A DNA stretch of 64,000 bases from Octopus sinensis (taxonomy: Eukaryota): contig NC_043001.1 of the NCBI RefSeq assembly GCF_006345805.1, forward strand, positions 113,274,001 to 113,338,000, given 5' to 3'. The stretch's first letter is position 1. Each line of letters opens with the position of its first letter. A program made the translations under genes and the position numbers. The notes under the pieces were generated by a model. The model ran no database searches. It saw only the letters and a list, made by a program, of their open reading frames with translations, and was not told the DNA's origin. Positions 1-12,432 of the stretch are shown in pieces.

Positions 1-334
1 ATTTTTCCTTGTGTAGTTGTCTTGTACTCTGTTTTTTCGTTGTTAAAAAAATGGTCCGTTCCATGCCGTTTTTACGTTTTCGTTTCTCGTTGAGTTCTAC
101 GTCTATTTGTGGTGTCCTATACTCACGTATATATATTTATATATGCATGTATATATACATGTAGATGTAGGTACGTACATATATGTTTGTGTGTATGCAT
201 ATATTTTGTTTATTACACTATTGTATGACTGAGCGCCTTCGCGTCGATTCGATTCGATTCGTTTGGTTTCGTTTCGTTTTTTCTTCTCTAAGCTGGTTTA
301 TATATATATATAATTTACTTGGAAAAGGATCCGT

Positions 335-792
335 GGCGTTCGATCATATAATAATGTAAATAATATATAAATATATGCATATATACATACATATATGCAC
401 ATACCTACATATGTATGGATATATACATGCACATATGGATACAGGACATACATAAACGTTTTTTATGTCCTGTACCGATATATGCATGTATATATGCATA
501 TATATGTAGGTATGTACATATATGTATGTATATATGCATATATTTATATATATTATATATATACGTGTATATATATATATATATTTATATATATGCGTGT
601 GTGTGTATATAAATATATATATGCATGTATGTATATATGCATACATATATATACACACACACATACACAGACATATGTATGTATATGAAAGTGTTTACAC
701 AAATATGAAGAAAGAAAGAACAAAATCAGCACGAATGTAATTTCTTTAATTAGTAAATATGCACCACACACACACATACTCATACAAATGCT

Positions 793-842
<50 letters not shown>

Positions 843-980
843 CACACACACACACTCTCTCTCTCTTAAAAATGCTAGCACACACATAGAAACTTACAAG
901 CGTATACACACAAATCACCATCTACCTTCTTATAACACTTCTCTCATACAAATATTCCTTTCCTCTCTCTCTCTCTCTCA
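335..980. repeat. Compound TA/TATG/CA/TC microsatellite tract
   Basis: Direct reading; the ORFs here are YIYI/VCVC repeat translations. Confidence 0.95.
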
Positions 981-1543
981 AAAAACACACACGAAAGCGC
1001 GTGCAATGTGGAAACTACTGGTGCCTTAAGGTCAACGTTGATGACAGACAGGCGAATTTCACCTCAGATCAAGCAACCTGTCTTTATAACAGGTGACATC
1101 GTTTGATGCCATATTGTTTATATGACACGATTAACTTATCAATCTGAGTTTCTAGCCGCCATGTTTGCTTTAGTTTAGCTTCCGATTTCAAAGGGTTTGC
1201 AGCTGTCATGGCACGTTTTTAACAGAACAGTGAAACCGTATCAAATGATTGCACGATAACAATAATGTATTTAAAGTCGACATTATATCGAGCAGTAGCG
1301 TACTTAATTAACCGTACCCGACTGAAAGTTAGCAAGTCAATTTAACCGTTTATTGGTGATGGTAGTGTTACTGTGTATCTATCTGTTTATCAGTCACTTT
1401 TTCTCATTCTCTCCGTCTTTCTATCTGTCTGTCTGCACCCCTCTCTCTATTTCTCTCTCACTCTCCGAGCATATTGAATTGGATGTTACTCCGTTTTGTA
1501 TCTTTCTTTCTAGAACTCCTTAGACATACATATAATCTGTACA

Positions 1544-1894
1544 TGATGGAAGCACTCCGTCGGTTACGACGACGAGGGTTCCGGTTGATCCGAATCAACG
1601 GAACAGCCTGCTCGTGAAATTAACGTGTAAGTGGCTGAGCAGTCCACAGACACGTGCACCCTTAACGTAGTTCTCGGGGATATTCAGCGTGACACAGAGA
1701 GTGACAAGGCCGGCCCCTTGAAATACAGGTAACACAGAAACAGGAAGTAAGAGTGAGAGAAAGTTGTAGTAAAAGAGTACAGCAGGGATCACCACCATCC
1801 CCTGCCGGAGCCTCGTGGAGCTTTTAGGTGTTTTCGCTCAATAAACACACACAACGCCCGATCTGGGAATCGAAACCGCGATCCTATGACCGCA
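1544..1894 (-). mobile_element. tRNA-derived SINE, family A, 5'-truncated
   Basis: Matches copies at 6824, 15980, 26813 and 35076; lacks the first part of the tRNA head; 12-bp TSD ATAATCTGTACA at 1532-1543 and 1895-1906. Confidence 0.92.
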
Positions 1895-1961
1895 ATAATC
1901 TGTACAACAATATATAAATAAATATATTAATATATTCATATAACTATATGTATCTATTCCG

Positions 1962-2115
1962 ATTTGGGATTTGGTTTGCAAGATTCTTTATGTGAGTTCG
2001 TGTGTTGAAGCATATTCTATTGTGTCTAGGAAGAGTCATTCTCTTTTAGTGCCTTATAATTTAACACACTGACAGGTAAAAATTCCACTTATTTATTTTC
2101 TTTTTTTCCTAAAAT
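1962..2115. repeat. Interspersed repeat, Penelope-like terminal repeat family
   Basis: Reverse complement of 39170-39310 (GATTTGGGATTTGGTTTGCAA...AAAATTCCACTT). The PLE assignment is inference. Confidence 0.6.
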
Positions 2116-2514
2116 AATGATACGAGTGAGGAGTCTAATGTGGGTCTTGTATTAGCATGCATATATATATTATACAGAATGAGGTAACAAATCCAAGCAT
2201 GTGAGGAGTTTTCAGGACATTTATAATGAAATATATAATGAAATAGTCTTACAGCTGTTTCTGGGATATTATGGATATCCCTTTATTTGCGTTCGAATTA
2301 TTGTGGAAAAGGAGGAGGTGAATAAGTGTATTAGTTTGACGCTCGGGAAAGAGAAAAAGTCTAATAATAAATAAAAAACCCAAAAGTAAACAAGCGTTTG
2401 GCAATTTCATAGATATTTCAAAATTATGATGCTATGATGCTAGGTGTTTCCATTATTTTGTTCAACCTCTGAATACACACACACACACACACACGCGCAC
2501 ACATTTCTCATATT

Positions 2515-2648
2515 CTTTTCTACTCTAGGCACAAAGCCCGAATTTTTTTGGGTGGGCGGCCAGTTGATTAGATAGTCCCCAGTTCTTAATTTACTGACCA
2601 CGAAAGTATGAAAGGCAAAGTCGACCTCGGCGGAATTTGAACTCAGAA
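2515..2648 (-). mobile_element. SINE family D, 5'-truncated
   Basis: Contains GAAAGGCAAAGTCGACCTCGGCGGAATTTGAACTCAGA; 16-bp TSD ACACATTTCTCATATT at 2499-2514 and 2649-2664. Confidence 0.88.
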
Positions 2649-3180
2649 ACACATTTCTCATATTGTATTTTGCTGTGATCTATAGACAACCAGAGGTAGA
2701 TCAGTAATACTGATCTCAGGCTCATCGTCAAATTTGTAGCTAGGTTAAAGGCAGGTTGTGAGTGCCGAGATGACCAAAATGACTTGTGGTCAGGTGGAGC
2801 CTGTACAGACATGCAAGTCTTGATGATCTCTGAAGGTCACGTGCCATTCTGGAGCTGGATCCCATAGAAAGTACAGAAAGAAACGGGATACGGCAGTTGT
2901 GCTGGACAGAAGGCCTAGCTATTGCACATGTTACAGTAACAGTCAACTGAGAGATTTCTGCAATGAGGATCTAAAATGGTAGAGAGATTAGCGGCGGATA
3001 GCTGCAGAGCGAGAACAGGACTCAGAAATAGCGTTTTTTTCTTCAGAAAAACACCTGTACCCCCTCCGATGTGGTGAAAAAGCTACTTTATTCGCAGTGC
3101 CAGCAGGTGACGACTAGGAAACCAATGACCAAAGGCTGAGACCCTACTCCTTGTAGTACTATCCAAACATTGTCTTGCAA

Positions 3181-3544
3181 TAATCCTTTCTACTAACGGT
3201 ACAAGGCCTGAAATTTGTGGGAAGGGGACTAGTCGATTACATCGATCCCAGTGTTTCATTGGTACTTAATTTATCGACCCAGAAATTAATGAATAGCAAA
3301 GTCGACCTCGGCGGAATTTGAACTCAGAACGTTAAGGCTAAACACAGAGAGGACAAACAAGGACAGACAAACGGATTAAGTCGAATATATCGAGCCCAGT
3401 GCGTATCTGGTACTTAATTTATCGACCTCGAAAGGATGAAAGGCAAAGTCGACCTCGGCGGAATTTGAACTCAGATCGTAACGGCAGACGAAATACAGCT
3501 ACGCATTTCGCCCGGCATACTAACGTTTCTGCCAGTTCGCCGCC
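3181..3544 (-). mobile_element. Two joined SINE family D units (D2 head and body plus a headless second body)
   Basis: Central domain present twice (about 3290-3330 and 3430-3475); head GGCGGCGAACTGGCAGAAACGTTAG at the right end. Confidence 0.85.
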
Positions 3545-3763
3545 TTTCTTCTTGCAATAATAATAAATGAATGGTAGCTGAAAAAGAGTGATGGTATGTA
3601 GATTACGAAAAATGAGAAAAAAGGACGAAAAGGAAAAATTTATTTCGCAATAATTGTCCAAAACATAGATAAGAGCCCAGTCTCCCATTACTCTAAGACA
3701 GCGAACAATATACGAATGTTCACATCACAACCAGTTTCTAGATGGATATAGTCTGTTGTCTAA

Positions 3764-4090
3764 GGCCAGTGGTTCAGTGGTTAGAGAGTCAGGCTTACAA
3801 TAACGAGGGAGTGAGTTCGATTCCCTGACCGGGCTGTGTGTTATGTTCTTGAGCAAGACACTTTATTTCACATTGCTCCAGTTCATTCAGCTGTAGAAAT
3901 GAGTTGCAACGTCACTGGTGCCACGCTGTATAGGCCTTTGTTTTCCCTTGGATAGGAAGACAAGTATCCATGAGTGACTGCTGATCTTCTATAAACAACA
4001 TTGTCCAGTTTTGTGCGTTGCAGGGGAACTTTTAGGTGCAATCCTAAAGTTCCCCTGGTTGCTCATGACCGAAGGAGGGCTTTACCCTTT
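3764..4090 (+). mobile_element. tRNA/CORE-like SINE, family B1
   Basis: A-box-like TGGTTCAGTGG, B-box-like GAGTTCGATTCC, CORE-like TTGAGCAAGACACTTTATTTCAC; homologous to 32423-32765. Confidence 0.82.
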
Positions 4091-4509
4091 ATCCTAATGC
4101 CAAATATATTGTGCGTGTGTTTAGTTGGCAAAATATGACCATCCCTAACTATAACAAAACACACACACACGTATATATACTGAAAGGGCTGAAAAAAATC
4201 CATGTGTACAATGTGCTGTCTTGAGCGAAGTCTGTGTGAAGTTCATAGAAGTCGTAGAGTGATCGCATTGAAGCAAACATGTGTTTCCTTACTCTTGAGT
4301 GAACGGGTTAAACAAATTTCTCTCCCATTTTAAAATTTTAGTTACACCTACTTTGTCTTATTGAGTGCTTTTATTTTTGAGATTTTAAATATGCTTATTT
4401 TCTAACATCTTTACCATTCCCCTCATTTTCATATAATTTGATCTTGTTTATACACCCAGTTATACGTGACGTTTCATTTGTTTGAAGGAAGGGCCCTTGT
4501 GTCCAATAA

Positions 4510-4553
4510 AGAAATTATTATTATTATTATTGTTATTATTATTGTTATTATTA

Positions 4554-4585
<32 letters not shown>

Positions 4586-4602
4586 CATCATCATCATCAT
4601 CA

Positions 4603-4659
<57 letters not shown>

Positions 4660-4667
4660 TATTATTA

Positions 4668-4701
<34 letters not shown>

Positions 4702-4732
4702 GTTATAGTCGTTATTGTTGTTGTTGTTGTTT
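4510..4732. repeat. (ATT)n/(ATC)n/(GTT)n trinucleotide tract
   Basis: Direct reading. Confidence 0.95.
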
Positions 4733-4969
4733 GTCGCATGGGAAGTATCTTACTAGTTGACGTATAATATATCTAACGGCGATATTGTTTGTAATGTAAG
4801 AAGCTATGTGAGACATTACATTTTTTTTGTTTATTCTTTGTTCCTATCTTGTTTGACCACACCTAGAGAAGCAATTAAATATCATAATTGGGGCTATTTG
4901 TGAATTCAATCGCTCCCTCCCTCCCCATCTCTCGCTGTCTCTCTCTCTCGCACACCACACACACACACA

Positions 4970-5010
<41 letters not shown>

Positions 5011-5770
5011 TATACCGCTCAAATTTCTATCTTTAGATCTTTGTTATCAGATAGTTTCACAAATCCCTTCCAAGCAATGTTTTGGTCAGAACGGATTGAA
5101 ATGCCAATCAATGTACCGAACCTATCTTTCTTATTTATTTATTTATATATTTATTTCAGTATATTTTTTGCTACCCTTAAGACGGTAACAGCGTTCTGCC
5201 TTCAAATATCAGCGATCATAGCTCTACCCTAGAGAATTGTAACTTTATAATTTTTTTCTTCTGAAACTCAAGTTGGGGTGTGTTTTGTTTCTATCGTCTA
5301 TTCTCCGTTGTTCTGATCAAATAATGATATCTAATTTTTGACACAAGGTCACATGTTTTAGGGAAGAGGTGGGGGTGGGATGAAATTGACGCCAGTGTAT
5401 GACAGCTATTTATATCATTGTAGTTGGAAGAATGAAAGGAAAATGCATTCATGGTGGATTTTAAGCTTTTAAAATGTAAAGGAACACATTGAAACACATT
5501 GAAATTATTAGTGTTCTGTTTTTCTGTTTCTGTGAGGAACCAACGAGGGAGCGTGTACGTGGTCACTAAACTTCCTAGACATAGCAGCAAAACTTCAATC
5601 ATATCACACTCTACTGGAGGGTACTTCTTTTTGTAATGACCAGCTTTTGATATTTCACATTACTCATATCCCACTTGTCTTTTATTGGTTATCTTTTACT
5701 TATTTCACAGTGGTGTACAGTCTTGAAAACTATTTATCAAACACGTCAACCCCATTAGATTTTTTAAAGT

Positions 5771-5883
5771 ATAGTACTTATTCTGTCGGTCTCTTTTATA
5801 GAACTGCTAAGTTACAAGGATGGAAACAAACCAACACCATTTGTCGGTTTGTGTGGGGTGTGACAAACACAAACACAAACACA
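5771..5883 (-). mobile_element. SINE family C fragment
   Basis: AGTACTTATTCTGTCGGTCTCTTTT...CTAAGTTAC is the reverse complement of the family C 3' half. Confidence 0.7.
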
Positions 5884-6332
5884 AAAATTCTATAGTTTGT
5901 AAGATATTTGGTCTTTAATTTCTTCAATTTCTGCAATTTCAACCAATCATTGGCGTTTAAATCTAAAATAGATTGAAATGCAATAGATCTATTGCATTTC
6001 AATCTATTTTAGATTTAGGGTTAGTTAGGGTTAGGGTTAGGGGTGGGAGGAAGGGTATCTCTTTTTCTTCTCAAATGTAAATAAACCCAATCTGTTTCTT
6101 AAACGAGGGACATATCCATACGGCACAGAATGCTTTTTAACTCAATAGACGCCAGTGATTGGTTGAAATTGCAGAAATTGAAGAAATTAAAGACCAAATA
6201 TCTTACAAACTATAGAATTTTCTCAATAAAGCCAAGGATGTTTTATAAACACATTCTACCAGTATACGAAATTTAAATTTTTTTAGTTACCTAGAAATTA
6301 TGTTAAAAACTGCCGTTCAAACCGAAAAGATC
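5884..6332 (-). mobile_element. Rearranged copy of the 8293-8712 MITE with internal fold-back
   Basis: Ends in TIR AAAAACTGCCGTTCAAACCGAAAAGATC; contains TTAGGG-like repeats; 5884-5957 is an inverted copy of 6144-6222; perfect 60-bp palindrome at 5958-6017. Confidence 0.85.
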
Positions 6333-6823
6333 GGAATACTTAACATATAAATCTACAACTACTATTTCATTTATATCTTTGATAGATATATTCTATTCGA
6401 GCCAACACGAGACAATAAACTGTCCACATTAATGTCCTTGAGGAATGTATTCCATTTTAGTCAACAGTAATCCTCGGAAGATATATTCCAGTTTAACTAA
6501 TAAAAACAACGAACTATTTTCAATTATTGTTTCAAATTATAGCACAGAGTCACATAGTCAGCAATATATTGATAATAATGTCAGTAACGATGATCAATAA
6601 ATATATATTAATCTGTTGATCAAGGAGTGAAGTAAGATAAAGATATGGAAGTGATTGTGTATGATGGAATTACAGACGACGTTGTAATCAGAACCATGGT
6701 TTGTTATCCAGACACAAGTGAAGTCCGCTATGAATGTGTTGTCAACTCCGAAACTGAGTACTGAAGAAGTTTTATCTTTATATTCTTCAGGTCTGTCAAT
6801 ATTCTCTATTCATAAAGTGGATT

Positions 6824-7190
6824 GATGGAAGCACTCCGTCGGTTACGACGACGAGGGTTCCGGTTGATCCGTTCAACGGAACAGCCTGCTCGTGGCTGAG
6901 CACTCCACAGACACGTGTACCCTTAACGTAGTTCTCGGGGGTATTCGGCGTGACACAGAGAGTGACAAGGCCGGCCCCTTGAAATACAGGTACAACAGAA
7001 ACAGGAAGTAAGAGTGAGAGAAAGTTGTGGTGAAAGAGTACAGCAGGGATCACCACCATCCCCTGCCGGAGCCTCGTGGAGCTTTAGGTGTTTTCGCTCA
7101 ATAAACACTCACAACGCCCGGTCTGGGAATCGAAACCGCGATCCTATGACCGCGAGTCCGCTGCCCTAACCACTGGGCCATTGCACCTCC
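6824..7190 (-). mobile_element. tRNA-derived SINE, family A, full length
   Basis: Head GGAGGTGCAATGGCCCAGTGGTTAGGG with A and B boxes; 17-nt microhomology deletion after CTCGTG. Confidence 0.92.
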
Positions 7191-7648
7191 TCTTTCTTAA
7201 TATCAGACAGCGGGGAAAGATTTGAAACCTTCCCCCGTCAGTTCGAAGTTAGGTGGGTTGTTGTTGTTTAGCCACAAATCAGCTCTGATCAAACAAAGCT
7301 ATGACTGGCGTTCGAGTCGTAATCTTTTCATCTTTTTGTATACCAAGAATTGCATTGTTTAGCGTGTCCTTCATCTAAGACAGAAAGATATGATATGTGG
7401 GAGACATGGCTATTGTTTCTAGCAAGTCGTACGCCCTCATAGAAGCACCCTTGTTGAATACCGGAATCAGCCGATGTATATTGAAGTCACTTAATTTGCT
7501 ATGTAGTGACACTGCAGAAAACAATTCTATGTCTCATATTTTATATTTCATTCCTTCAGAGATGGTTGATACAAGGCCCCGTGTAAGGTATGATATCTTA
7601 GTGAAGGCATGACAAGTGATGGGAAGAAAAGCTTAGGTTACATATATA

Positions 7649-7922
7649 AAAAATAAATAAGTAAATAAATAAATGCGCCCTTTTAAAGCCTAGCAAGGCC
7701 CATGGGCCCGGTTTCCCGGTTTCAATGGCGTAGAAATTCCCCTCCTGGACGGGACACCGGTCCGTCGCAGGATTACTCATTTTTGCCAGCTGAGTGGACT
7801 GGAGCAACGTGAAAATGAAGTGTTTTGCTCAAGAACACAGCGCATCGCCCGGTCCAGGAATCGAAACCACAACCTTACGATCATGAGTTCAACACACTAA
7901 CCACTAAGCCACGCGCCTCCAC
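7649..7922 (-). mobile_element. tRNA/CORE-like SINE, family B2
   Basis: Homologous and inverted to 9825-10072; (TTTA)n tail; 14-bp TSD AGGTTACA(T/C)ATATA at 7635-7648 and 7923-7936. Confidence 0.9.
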
Positions 7923-8292
7923 AGGTTACACATATAGATAGTCTTATTTTAGAATCATTTTTAATAAAGTGGTAATCATAATTACACTGCTACTTAGCGA
8001 TCTGAGAGTGTTTAACGACTTTGTTAGCTAAAACACTCTTTGCAGAGGTGGCAGGGTATACAAACCCGTACCCTTTCAGTTGGTACTTGAGCATACTACA
8101 GTTAAAAATTACAAAGGGGCGCTTAAATGCCATAAGTCATTTGTCAAACGCTCTAGCGATTTTGTTATCCCCATCCTTTGTAATAAAGTAATTCGTCTCG
8201 GAAATATTGGGTCTTCAGATAAATTAGTTCGCCCCCACCATTTATTTTAATCCTTATTTTACAGCAACAGTTTTAATAAATCAACCAATAAT

Positions 8293-8712
8293 GGATCTCT
8301 TTGGTTTGAACGGCAGTTTTTAACATAATTTCTAGTAACTAAAAAAGTTTAAACTTCGTATACTGGTAGGATGTTTTTATAAAACATCTTTTTCTCTTAG
8401 CTGTATTGGGAAAATTCTATGTTTTTTAAGATATTTGTTGTTTTCTTCAATTTCTGCAATTTCAACCAATCAATGGCGTCTATTGAGGTGAAAACATTCT
8501 GTGCCGTATGAATATGTCCCTCGTTTAAGAAGCAGGTTGGGTTTATTTACATTTGAGAAGAAAAAAGATCCCCTTCCCCCCACCCCTAACCCTAACTAAC
8601 CCTAACCCTAAAACAGATTAAAATGCAATAGATCGATACTAGGGTTGTAATTATGGGTGACAATTTCATATGACACCGCTAGAAAAAGCTGCCGTTCAAA
8701 CCGAAAAGATCC
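8293..8712 (+). mobile_element. Non-autonomous DNA transposon (MITE), Merlin-like
   Basis: About 29-bp TIRs GGATCTCTTTGGTTTGAACGGCAGTTTTT / AAAAAGCTGCCGTTCAAACCGAAAAGATCC; exact 8-bp TSD CCAATAAT at 8285-8292 and 8713-8720; GG termini; internal CTAACC repeats. Confidence 0.85.
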
Positions 8713-8759
8713 CCAATAATAGATTCTTCTTCATTGTTTGCGACTCCTTACGGAGGTTT

Positions 8760-9600
8760 TACATATTTGTCACTGCCTTGACAGTAGAAAATACTGGATT
8801 TTGACTTGAAGAATTCACAAATTCACGTTTTCATCTTCAAGCCGTTGCAGACTGTTGGAGAACAACTGCAAAAGATAATAATCTGAAGACGTAATATCAG
8901 GAAAATACGGAGGGTGAGTAGAACTTGAATAGTATTTTTTTTTCAGATCGGCGATGTGGTGGCAAGCATTTTTCGCGTTGAAGAAATTCGCAGTGTTGCG
9001 GGTCGGGTCGTTTGAGCTGGATTTTTTCATGGAGCCGGTGCATTTGTTGAAGGTGAAGCTCTGCATTGACCGTGTCGATGTTTTGAAGGATTTGGTAATG
9101 GATTGACATTTCCCAATCCCACCAATCGCATATCATTGTCTTATGTGGTTGCATATCTGGCTTGGCTCGAGATGTTGCTTGTTTGACGAGACTCGGTCCT
9201 TCTATCTTCTGCTTCATATCGACACAAAAATTCCGTCTTTCCTTCGCCAGTGACGATGCAATAAAGAAATCTCTATTTGTGATCCACGAGTAGCCTGGTT
9301 TTGAGCGAACAAATAACCGCGGAAGAGAAGCGCTGAGATTTGTCTCTTTCGCTCAGAGAGTGTAGTAACCTTGCACCGAAGCTTTTGACTCAGCCATCAA
9401 TCGCTTTGATTGATATCCCTGCTACGCAGATAGATTAACATAGTTCTTGTATGTTTGCGCCAATGTATGAAGTTATAGTGGTGCAATCATGCATAAGGTT
9501 TTTCAGAACACAGAGGAACATATCAATCTACATCGCAGGGATACCAACCGAAGCGACTTTTTCATTTCTAAATACAGATCCACCATTAACTGTCTAATTT
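8760..9600 (-). pseudogene. Degenerate mariner (DD34D) transposase
   Basis: Frameshifted motifs KPDMQPHKTMICDWWD (WVPHEL/KVMLCVWWD region) and HPPYFPDITSSDYYL (HPPYSPDLAPSDY). Confidence 0.88.
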
Positions 9601-9824
9601 GCAAGTCACACAGAATTAATAAAATAAACGTTCGACAATAATTATATTTGGATGAAGCTGCGGTGGTGGTTGTGGTCTTTCAAACCTCCCGACCTCAATT
9701 ACCGTATGTGTTGATCGCAATAGAGGACGAGTTAGTCATTAGTGGAAGATATTTTATCACTGGCTTACTCGACCAAGGTTGGTCCAGAACTAAACAACAA
9801 TATATGTCGTCTATTTTTTGCATT

Positions 9825-10072
9825 GTAGAGGCGCGTGGCTTAGTGGTTAAGGTGTCAGCATCATGATCGCAAGATTGTGGTTTCGATTCCTGGACCGGGT
9901 GACGCGTTGTGTTTTTGAGCAAAACACTTCATTTCACGTTTCTCCAGTCCACTCAGCTGGCAAAAATGAGTAACGCTGCGACGGACTGGCGTCTCGTCCA
10001 GCTGGGGAGCACATACGCCATTGAAACCGGAAAACCGGGCCCATGAGCTTGGTTAGGCTTTAAAAGTGCGCA
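9825..10072 (+). mobile_element. tRNA/CORE-like SINE, family B2
   Basis: GAGGCGCGTGGCTTAGTGGTTAAGG head; GGTTTCGATTCC B box; CORE-like middle. Confidence 0.9.
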
Positions 10073-10245
10073 AGAAGTTTTTTGGCATTGCAGGTGGCCG
10101 ATTTTATTCTGAAGACAGGGGCAGAGTGCTAGCAGAATCGTTGGCATTTCCTCCTTTCGAGGTCGATAAAATAAGTACCAACTGAGCACTGGAAGCGATG
10201 CAATTGACTTCTTCTTTCCACACAATTTTCAAGATCCTTCAACAT

Positions 10246-10417
10246 GGGCGCAGGAGTGGCTGTGTGGTAAGTAGCTTGCTAACCAAACACATGGTTCCGG
10301 GTTCAGTCCCACTGCGTGGCATCTTGGGCAAGTGTCTTCTGCTATAACCCCGGGCCGACCAATGCCTTGTGAGTGGATTTGGTAGACGGAAACTGAAAGA
10401 AGCCTGTCGTATATATG

Positions 10418-10466
<49 letters not shown>

Positions 10467-10699
10467 AGTGTGTGTGTATATGTTTGTGTGTCTGTGTTTG
10501 TCCCCCTAGCATTGCTTGACAACCGATGCTGGTGTGTTTATGTCCCTGTCACTTAGCGGTTCGGCAAAAGAGACCGATAGAATAAGTACTGGGCTTACAA
10601 AGAATAAGTCTTGGGGTCGATTTGCTCGACTAAAGGCGGTGCTCCAGCATGGCCGCAGTCAAATGACTGAAACAAGTAAAAGAGAAAGAGTAAAGAGTA
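10246..10699 (+). mobile_element. SINE family C with built-in (TA)n, full length
   Basis: GGGCGCAGGAGTGGCTGTGTGGTAAG head; CTTGGGCAAGTGTCTT; internal TA/TG tract; (TAAAAGAG)n tail; homologous to 27411 and 29562. Confidence 0.9.
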
Positions 10700-11093
10700 A
10701 TACCTTTCTCGACGATCCGACGACAATTGGTAATACAACATTTCCACAACTCATGGTGACCAAATCTGCAAAGTTGACGTTTTCGAAAGAAAAATCTTAA
10801 TTTGTTTCTGGGCATTCGTTGTTATACTCTCTTTTAGACTTCGGCCAGTCCTGATTGACTAGACGTGTAACAAGAAGCGTTCTTGTCATGACCATAGCGT
10901 CTATTTTCCATTTTGTACTTCTGAATGACTTTTTTCTTTTTTTAGTAAGCGTGGACTGTATTTTGAGGGGGATTTAACAACCATTTCCAGAAATTTGTGG
11001 GACAAAATAAAAACTTACTTATGTTTGGTATTTAATGTTGGCACTCAGGTCATGTCACAGTATAAATGTTTCGACGCGCGCATCATATCTCTT

Positions 11094-11094
11094 C

Positions 11095-11166
<72 letters not shown>

Positions 11167-11324
11167 GTCTGTCTGTCTGTCTGTCTGTCTGATTGTATGT
11201 CTATCTTTCTATCTACTCACCTACTTACCAATCTGCCCATCTAACTACCTACCTAGCTATCTATATGTCTGCTTTTGTAGCTATCTATCTATCTATCTAT
11301 CTATCTGTCCGTGTGTATATGTTT

Positions 11325-11414
<90 letters not shown>

Positions 11415-11926
11415 AGAGAAAGAGAGAGAGACGTATATATATATATACCTTCTATCTACTTAACCTACGAAGTAGCTGAGCAACTAAACAACGTAATAAT
11501 ACCCTACCTATGAACACACACACACACACAACACACAGAGCCGTCTATTTAACTGCTCCACTTTTTATCACCGACTGACTGTCTCCAAATGTTATTCTGA
11601 AAACTCTTGTGTTCCCTGCACTCCTCAAACACGATCCGTCTGGCTGTCTTGTTGCCCCCACCAACATTACATTTCAAGTACTGAATGGGGTGGGAGGAAA
11701 TGTGTCGGGGGGTGGATGGGTGTGGGCTCGCACTCGCGATTCTTCTTCTTCTTCTTCTTCTTCTTCTTCTTCTTCTTCTTCTTCTTCTTCTTCTTCTTCT
11801 CTTCTTCTTCTTCTTCTTCTTCTTCTTCTTCTTCTCCATCCCCGTTTCATTTGACCCGTTCCCTACCACATATGTATACACGTGTGTCTGTGCGCGCGCA
11901 CATACACATACACACACACACACGCA

Positions 11927-11962
<36 letters not shown>

Positions 11963-12020
11963 ACACACACACACTCACACGCACACACACACACACGCAG
12001 ACACACACACACACACACAT
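11094..12020. repeat. Compound (TCTA)n, (TCTG)n, (TA)n, (GA)n, (TTC)n, (CA)n microsatellites
   Basis: Direct reading. Confidence 0.95.
11549..11680 (-). CDS. Weak candidate exon, unknown product
   Basis: Pyrimidine-rich acceptor CCTCCCACCCCATTCAG followed by one open frame, YLKCNVGGGNKTARRIVFEECREHKSFQNNIWRQ; no recognised homology. Confidence 0.2.
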   Translation of the reverse strand, partial: YLKCNVGGGNKTARRIVFEECREHKSFQNNIWRQSVGDKKWSS

Positions 12021-12432
12021 TCAGAGATTTTTCCTCGTAGCTTGCTTCTTGAATTTTCTGTTTGTCTTTCTCAAAATATTTCGTCCTGCCAGTCTCCCCC
12101 TATACTCTTACGCCGCCATTACACACCACCAACAACCCCCACCCCCCATCACTACCACAACCGCCGCTGCCACTGCCACCGCCGTTACCACCACTGCTAA
12201 TATCACCACTTCAATTACAACAACCCAAACTCAACGTAAGTAACCCAGTCACTTCAGACCACGTCCGACTTATCAGCTAAACACCACACTAAAGGAATGT
12301 CTTCTACTACAACTGAACGGAGACTTCCAATTCGGTCAAATACTATAAGCGACCCAACTAGCTTCCTTTATCGTCCTCTGGTAGAATCGTTATTAAATTT
12401 GGACAATATGTTTCCAATTACTCTCGGTTTCG

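Noticed and set aside
1150-1170. AAACATGGCGGC (- strand), YY1-like or start-codon context
   Set aside because: The frame closes after 7 codons, and a single motif is not enough to call a promoter.
2700-2970. - strand open frame after an acceptor-like site, faint CR1 endonuclease resemblance (VQH..RIP, HNL)
   Set aside because: Too little similarity to call either an exon or a LINE without a search.
6015-6045. TTAGGG repeats suggesting a telomere
   Set aside because: Only a few imperfect units, internal to a MITE (also at 8583-8610).
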